From Octopus bimaculoides (Eukaryota), in assembly GCF_001194135.2 (NCBI RefSeq), contig NC_069008.1, positions 3,943,649 to 3,983,401 on the forward strand: DNA of 39,753 bases. Reading direction: 5' to 3'. Below are positions 32,975 to 39,753 of the stretch, piece by piece. Under the pieces are notes generated by a model. It made no database searches and was not told the DNA's origin. It was given only the letters and a program-made list of their open reading frames with translations. Within the stretch, counting starts at the first letter, position 1. The number at the start of each line of letters is the position of its first letter. The position numbers and the translations under genes were made by a program.

Positions 32975-33866
32975 ACAAGAAGCAAAAGAAAGCATTTTAT
33001 AAATGCTTTTACACCATAGGGTTTGCTGGATGAGGACTGACCCGTGGCTAAACCACAACAAAACCACATCCTTTAAAAGTATTTGTTTTAAAGTGTGCTC
33101 AAGAAGGAATGCAAAATTCCTTTCTCACCTCAGATTTACACAATTTCCTACTCTTCCAGTACCCCCCCCCCNNNNNNNNNNNNNNNNNNNNNNNNNNNNN
33201 NNNNNNNNNNNNNNNNNNNNNNNNNNNNNNNNNNNNNNNNNNNNNNNNNNNNNNNNNNNNNNNNNNNNNNNNNNNNNNNNNNNNNNNNNNNNNNNNNNNN
33301 NNNNNNNNNNNNNNNNNNNNNNNNNNNNNNNNNNNNNNNNNNNNNNNNNNNNNNNNNNNNNNNNNNNNNNNNNNNNNNNNNNNNNNNNNNNNNNNNNNNN
33401 NNNNNNNNNNNNNNNNNNNNNNNNNNNNNNNNNNNNNNNNNNNNNNNNNNNNNNNNNNNNNNNNNNNNNNNNNNNNNNNNNNNNNNNNNNNNNNNNNNNN
33501 NNNNNNNNNNNNNNNNNNNNNNNNNNNNNNNNNNNNNNNNNNNNNNNNNNNNNNNNNNNNNNNNNNNNNNNNNNNNNNNNNNNNNNNNNNNNNNNNNNNN
33601 NNNNNNNNNNNNNNNNNNNNNNNNNNNNNNNNNNNNNNNNNNNNNNNNNNNNNNNNNNNNNNNNNNNNNNNNNNNNNNNNNNNNNNNNNNNNNNNNNNNN
33701 NNNNNNNNNNNNNNNNNNNNNNNNNNNNNNNNNNNNNNNNNNNNNNNNNNNNNNNNNNNNNNNNNNNNNNNNNNNNNNNNNNNNNNNNNNNNNNNNNNNN
33801 NNNNNNNNNNNNNNNNNNNNNNNNNNNNNNNNNNNNNNNNNNNNNNNNNNNNNNNNNNNNNNNNNN

Positions 33867-33955
<89 letters not shown>

Positions 33956-35109
33956 CACATTACATATACATACATATAGAGATGCACACACAGGAGTGAG
34001 TGTGTGTGTGTGTGTGTAAATAGTCTATGTACGCGAAAACTAAGTCATGATTGTGCATAAATGATTTTCTACTTTTTCATCGGGTTAGGGTGTATATATT
34101 TCAAGCTTAGAGTATGTATAACAAGATAGAACACCAAACAATTTCTGTAAATAAACACAAGACACACAGAGCACATTCCAAACAAACCTAGACTTTATTA
34201 CATGAGCCAGTGAAGGTGCCACTATGTGGTTTTTTGATAGGCTGGAAATAGGAACTAAATCTCCCTCGAACAACATTTGCCACCTTTAAAATAAGAATAG
34301 GATATCTCAGGTAATTTAGTTCTTGAGGCCCTATTATCCTAATCATTTAANNNNNNNNNNNNNNNNNNNNNNNNNNNNNNNNNNNNNNNNNNNNNNNNNN
34401 NNNNNNNNNNNNNNNNNNNNNNNNNNNNNNNNNNNNNNNNNNNNNNNNNNNNNNNNNNNNNNNNNNNNNNNNNNNNNNNNNNNNNNNNNNNNNNNNNNNN
34501 NNNNNNNNNNNNNNNNNNNNNNNNNNNNNNNNNNNNNNNNNNNNNNNNNNNNNNNNNNNNNNNNNNNNNNNNNNNNNNNNNNNNNNNNNNNNNNNNNNNN
34601 NNNNNNNNNNNNNNNNNNNNNNNNNNNNNNNNNNNNNNNNNNNNNNNNNNNNNNNNNNNNNNNNNNNNNNNNNNNNNNNNNNNNNNNNNNNNNNNNNNNN
34701 NNNNNNNNNNNNNNNNNNNNNNNNNNNNNNNNNNNNNNNNNNNNNNNNNNNNNNNNNNNNNNNNNNNNNNNNNNNNNNNNNNNNNNNNNNNNNNNNNNNN
34801 NNNNNNNNNNNNNNNNNNNNNNNNNNNNNNNNNNNNNNNNNNNNNNNNNNNNNNNNNNNNNNNNNNNNNNAATTAGATTTTAAATTCTTGTTTGATTCAC
34901 TAGTCTGTTAAACAGCAGCATAGTCGAGATGGTATGTTTTCTTCTCTTACTCTTGTTTTTTGCAAACATATTCAAAATGACTTTCTAAAATGAAATTCCA
35001 TTATGCAGCTGAGGAGTACATTTTCATTGTAAATTCTATGTGGTGTTCTCACTATATGAATAAATGGAGCTTGTACGAAACGTACGTACTGCTATAACCT
35101 ATATATATA

Positions 35110-35245
35110 TACATGTGTATATTTGTGTGTCTGTGTTTGTCCCCGCAACATCACTTGACAACCGATGCTGGTGTACATCCCCGTCACTTAGCGGTTCGGC
35201 AAGAGGGACCGATAGAATAAGTACTAGGCTTACAAAGAATAAAAA
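35110..35245 (+). mobile_element. SINE family B, linker plus partial tail
   Basis: GTTTGTCCCCGCAACATCACTTGACAACCGATGCTGG…TACAAAGAATAA. Confidence 0.8.
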
Positions 35246-35281
35246 GTGATTTTGTTCTCGAGGGATTTTTGTCGTGGACAG

Positions 35282-35648
35282 GAACAAAATGCCAACGTGA
35301 AATTTTGCATTAATACTTGGGAAGTCTGCTCTAGAGACATTGAGCATGCTTTGGAAAGCTTACGGTGATGAGGCAATGGGTCGTATGCAATGTTTCGAGT
35401 GGCATGGGTGCTTCAGAAGCAGGAGAATGTCCACGGAAGACGATGAGCTATCTGGAAGACCTGCCACAAGGATCCCTGGAAACGTAGTATCATGCATCGA
35501 GGATTCGTCCCTCAAGGCCAGACGGTCAATCAAGGGTTCTACTGCGATATTTGAAAGCAACCGGATCTTTGGAGTGCAAAGTAATTGGATTCTTCACCAA
35601 GTTCTTCCCTCTCATGAGTTTCCCACCAAAGCAATGTCACTACGCCAC
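35282..35648 (+). pseudogene. Mariner (Tc1/mariner, Mos1-like) transposase relic, internally deleted and frameshifted
   Basis: EQNANVKFCI / LGKSALETLSMLWKAYGDEAMGRMQCFEWHGCFRSRRMSTEDDELSGRPAT (mariner N-terminal HTH region). Then, in another frame, IMHRGFVPQGQTVNQGFYCDI*KQPDLWS / NWILHQ…HEFPTK (catalytic-domain motifs G-VH-EF-P-GQTVN, RP-LW, W-LHH). Confidence 0.88.
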
Positions 35649-36451
35649 AGTAAAAGGCAGATTGGTCACTACTGGAACATATTTGATCATAGGTTTGTTG
35701 GGTCAGGGCCAACCTGGGGTTAAACAACAACAACAACAACAACAACAAGGGAAGACACATTGAATAATGTAGTCTTAGATACACTATGTCTGAATAAAAG
35801 ATGGATCATTGCAGTTGGAGCACATTTGATCACGGGTGTGCCAGGTCAAGGTTGACCCGTGGCTAAACATCAACGACAAACCAAGAAGGAAAGACACAAT
35901 GGATAATACGGTCCTAGATAAACTGTGTCAGAATAAATGACAAGGGAGACATAGCCAAAACAACTTTGACTATAAGTCTGCTGGATCAGGACTGATATGA
36001 AGTAAAGACATCAACAACAANNNNNNNNNNNNNNNNNNNNNNNNNNNNNNNNNNNNNNNNNNNNNNNNNNNNNNNNNNNNNNNNNNNNNNNNNNNNNNNN
36101 NNNNNNNNNNNNNNNNNNNNNNNNNNNNNNNNNNNNNNNNNNNNNNNNNNNNNNNNNNNNNNNNNNNNNNNNNNNNNNNNNNNNNNNNNNNNNNNNNNNN
36201 NNNNNNNNNNNNNNNNNNNNNNNNNNNNNNNNNNNNNNNNNNNNNNNNNNNNNNNNNNNNNNNNNNNNNNNNNNNNNNNNNNNNNNNNNNNNNNNNNNNN
36301 NNNNNNNNNNNNNNNNNNNNNNNNNNNNNNNNNNNNNNNNNNNNNNNNNNNNNNNNNNNNNNNNNNNNNNNNNNNNNNNNNNNNNNNNNNNNNNNNNNNN
36401 NNNNNNNNNNNNNNNNNNNNNNNNNNNNNNNNNNNNNNNNNNNNNNNNNNN

Positions 36452-36500
<49 letters not shown>

Positions 36501-37074
36501 GCATCATTTAAAATGGAATATACTGAGAGAGAGAGAGAGAGAGAGAGAGTGGGAGGGAGAGAGAGAGAGAGAGATAGATAGCCCAGTGGAATTGCTATTA
36601 TTGTTTGTTTATTGTTTTATTGTTTTTTAACATCATGCCAGTAGTTCTATTGTCTAAGTTGCTTAGAAACATGCTATACACACAAACATAAAACAATTGT
36701 GTGTGTGTGTGTGTGTGTGTATGTGTGTACACACTACTTGTGTGTATAAACTAACACATTATCTATGCAACAAATAGAACCTATATGTGTCTACATAAAC
36801 ACACATCTACTGTCTAAGTGTGGGCTTTGCGTCTACGCAGGACCTCTGCAATGAAAAGCTTTTGATGATTACATCAAACTCCAATCCTTGTTTTACAGAA
36901 CTCTATGTTTCAAATAATTAAAGTCCTTCGTGGCTTTGTGGAACTGTGGCACACGGGCATTTTGCTTCATGCCTCAATAAAGCCTTTGCCCCTGTTGTTC
37001 ACAAATCTACTCTGGCCTTGTGTAGCAGCACTTGTCAGGGTCCCAGCTATGGGTTAACAAGTATTTCACAGGAG

Positions 37075-37402
37075 ATCGGTCATAAATGACCATGGGATTG
37101 CACCTAGAAAGCTACCTTCCGAGGCACAAGTCTGGACAAGGTTTGTTTATGGAAGACCAGCAGTCGCCCATGCATACCGGCCTCCCTTATCCATGTCACT
37201 GATGTTATCCAAAGGAAAGACAAAGGGGCCGATACAGATTGGCACCAGTGATGTTGCAACTCATTTCTACAGCTGAGTGAACTGGAGTAATGTGGAATAA
37301 AGTGTCTTGCTCAAGAACACAACACACAGCCCGGTCTGGGAATCGAACTCACTACCACATGATTGTGAGCCCAATGCTCTAACCACTGAACCATGTACCT
37401 TC
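37075..37402 (-). mobile_element. SINE family F (tRNA head plus CORE-like block), near full length
   Basis: Minus strand: A-box TGGTTCAGTGG, B-box GAGTTCGATTCC, GTGTTCTTGAGCAAGACACTTTA, CTCCAGTTCACTCAGCTGTAGAAATGAG. Confidence 0.8.
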
Positions 37403-37645
37403 ATGCAGACAAACATATCATATATATATATATATATATATATATGAGACTAATGTTAATACAGTACTCCCTCTCTCTCTCTCTCCCTCTCCCTCCCTCC
37501 CTTCAGTCATCACATCATGGAGGTTCCACTGAAGCCAAAGAATGGAAAGGTTGAAACAGTGTTTGTACCCTTCTCATGACTATACAAGCAGCTTAAAACC
37601 ATTGGCCCTTATCAAGGTCCAAGCCTTGCTGCGGGTGTGGTGGCT

Positions 37646-37700
37646 GCTATGCCACAATGTGCCACAGAGCTATGCCACAATGTGCCACAGAGCTATGCCA
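37646..37700. repeat. 2.4 copies of a 23-bp unit GCTATGCCACAATGTGCCACAGA
   Basis: Units at 37646 and 37669, partial at 37692. Confidence 0.95.
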
Positions 37701-37829
37701 GCAGAGTGCAAGCTCCTGACAGGGTCACCCGTAATGGACAAACACCAGACTCAGGGCACACTACCTCTTCCCAGAAGGCCCAGACCCTTACCCGGAAAAA
37801 AAAAAGAAAAGCAAAGTTACAGATGCATA

Positions 37830-38030
37830 TATGGCAATTCAAAACCAACAAGAGCTGGGAGAGAAAAGCCTTCCCCCGGGGTAATGTATGGTGCAGTGCA
37901 GCAAAACCTCAAAGGAAAAAGCAGGGGATCCAACTGGAGAGAAGCAGAATAGAGAGCCCAGAGTCAAGAACAGTGGAGAGAAGGTATTGATAGCCTATAT
38001 TCCGTAGGGAGCAAAGGGCTTAAGTAAATC
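37830..38030 (+). mobile_element. Decayed RTE-clade LINE ORF end (SR2/SR3/Perere-like terminus)
   Basis: …NWREAE*RAQSQEQWREGIDSLYSVGSKGLK*, matching the W-E----AQ-R--WR--V--L-S pattern; ends CTTAAGTAA. Confidence 0.5.
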
Positions 38031-38365
38031 CATTAGTGAAAAGCATGTTTCCATGCTAACAGAAAATAATTCTCAGTTGTGAGTGGCAGCCATAGTAGTT
38101 TACACACACACACATGTACACACATATATATCAACCAACCGAGGCATACACAATGAGTGGATATATACATATATAGACATGTATGTATGTATGTATGTAT
38201 GTGAAATTTAATTAAAGCAGAAATTTCCCCCCCTTACATGTCCAAAAGGTGAAACAAAGTCATATTCATGAAGTTGCATCTCAGTTAATTAAATATATAT
38301 AAATAAATATATATTACCATTTATGGTGTGTGTGCGTATATATATATATATATATATATATATGC

Positions 38366-38412
<47 letters not shown>

Positions 38413-38537
38413 GTGTGCGTGCGTGTGTGCAAATGCGTGTGTCTGCTTGCAAAATATTTATTATGATCACATTGGGATAGAACCATTTAGATAATAATAC
38501 CTGGCTGATAACATTAAGCAGAGAGAGTGTATGTGAA

Positions 38538-38572
<35 letters not shown>

Positions 38573-39064
38573 GTATGTATGTATGTAAAAATTTTATATA
38601 TGTAAAATGATAGTTCAGATAAAGAATCAATAATTATACTAACAGCTGGATAAGTAAGTAGTGAAGCATGTATTGAATCGACAGCATGTATTGTTGTATC
38701 ATCTCACCTACCCTGCCACCACACCTACTCCCACCTTCCCCTGATAGTATAGCAGGCAAGCCGTAATCAAAATGATATTGCTGAGATCAATAACAATTGA
38801 CAGTAATAGAAACAGAGTTATAGAGAGACAGACAGACAGACTGATAGACAAATACAACAGAATATAAAAGGACGGCTACTACAATTGTTGTCTGGATTCT
38901 CCGAGCTGACAACGAGACCTCACCTTGGTCACCTAACGAGTGCATCGCAATATCGTAGAAGCCTCAGGTCTGAACTCCTTATCAGAATGCTCGTAACAGC
39001 ATGGATTCCTCTGTCCACTAGGTCAGAGGAAAATAAATAAAAGAGCTGTAGGGAGGAACGCTTA

Positions 39065-39753
39065 TGTGCAGGTGTGGCAAGAAGTTTGCTTCTCCAACCG
39101 CATGGTTCTGGGTTCAGTCCCACTGCATGGTACCTTGGCCAAGTGTCAGCCCAAGGCTATAGTAAAAACTATAGCCTTGGGCTGACCAAAGCATTGTACG
39201 TGGATTTGGTAGATATGAAACTGAAAGAAGCCCATCATATAGTCATGTATATCATCATCATCATCATCATCGTTTAAAGTCCGCTTTCCATGCTAGCATG
39301 GGTTGGACGATTTGACTGAGGACTGGTGAACCAGATGGCTACACCAGGCTCCAATCTGATTTGGCAGAGTTTCTGCAGCTGGATGCCCTTCTTAACACCA
39401 ACCACTCAGAGAGTGTAGTGGGTGCTTTTACTTGCCACCTGCACGAGGGCCAGTTAGGTGGTACTGGCAACGGCCACGCTCAAAATGGTGTATTTTATGT
39501 GCCACCTACACAAGAGCCAGTCCAGCGGCACTGGCAACGACCTATGGGCACCTATTTGTGTCTGTCTGTCTCTACCACTACTTGACAACCTGTGTTGGTA
39601 TGTTTACATCCCCATAACTTGACAGTTCAGCAAAAGAGACCGATGGAAAAAGTACCAGGTTTAAAAAGCAAAAAAACAAGCACTGGGGTCATTCGTTTGA
39701 TTAAAAATTCTTCATGGCTGTGCCCCAGCATGGCTGCAGTCTAATGACCAAAA
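39065..39753 (+). mobile_element. SINE family B split by a family-D insertion: head 39065-39240, tail 39555-39753
   Basis: The head and tail halves are collinear with 25566-25958. Confidence 0.75.
39250..39545 (-). mobile_element. Family D copy inserted antisense into the SINE-B microsatellite linker
   Basis: (CAT)n CGTTTAAAGTCCGCTTTCCATGCTAGCATGGG…; near-identical to 4055-4296. Confidence 0.85.

Larger units (their letters stand above)
709..36451. other. 17 assembly gaps (709-1668, 4297-4753, 8968-9245, 10153-10240, 10891-11278, 12417-12426, 15828-15867, 16161-16170, 17963-18161, 19685-20200, 20948-21390, 25974-26187, 28990-29078, 30357-30366, 33172-33867, 34351-34870, 36021-36451)
   Basis: N-runs; most are bordered by microsatellites. 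Confidence 0.97.

Noticed and set aside
34082-34090. Telomeric TTAGGG
   Set aside because: Single occurrence; no array.
628-36507. Long ORFs in the supplied track (e.g. 628-1692, 10580-11494, 19603-20664, 33003-34019)
   Set aside because: They are open only because they cross N-runs or dinucleotide repeats (HTHT, YIYI, CVCV, ERER); no protein signal.
36899-37057. 52-codon open frame after a TTTTACAG acceptor
   Set aside because: Short enough to arise by chance; no recognisable motif.
38880-39030. Possible LINE remnant on the minus strand (…LRLLRYCDALVR*P)
   Set aside because: Only a faint resemblance to the RTE QLR-YGHV-R motif; too decayed to call.

Overview
Eukaryotic, AT-rich, repeat-saturated genomic DNA with 17 N-gaps (about 5.3 kb), most of them bordered by microsatellites. 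I infer an octopus (coleoid cephalopod) short-read assembly from the repeat families: tRNA-derived SINEs resembling the OR1/OR2 types, RTE LINE tails ending in (GAT)n, and TTAA-flanked MITEs. I can support no intact host protein-coding gene. The supplied ORF track is almost entirely artefact from N-runs and microsatellites. The window holds many SINE copies from at least four families (my labels A, B, C, F) and an abundant RTE-LINE 3'-UTR repeat (label D). It also holds decayed RTE-clade LINE coding fragments, an R4/Dong-like LINE 3' end inside a (TAA)n tract, an internally deleted mariner transposase relic, two piggyBac-type MITEs and a hAT-type element. The most interesting items are a Penelope-type minimal hammerhead ribozyme motif (minus strand, 16998-17043) and an 18S rRNA fragment fused to a SINE tail with an 18-bp unit repeated four times (21772-22028). 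A template-switch palindrome (39145-39186) and several nested or tandem-amplified SINE structures are also worth checking. I found no evidence for a wholly new multi-gene system. All calls come from reading and translating by eye, with no database searches.
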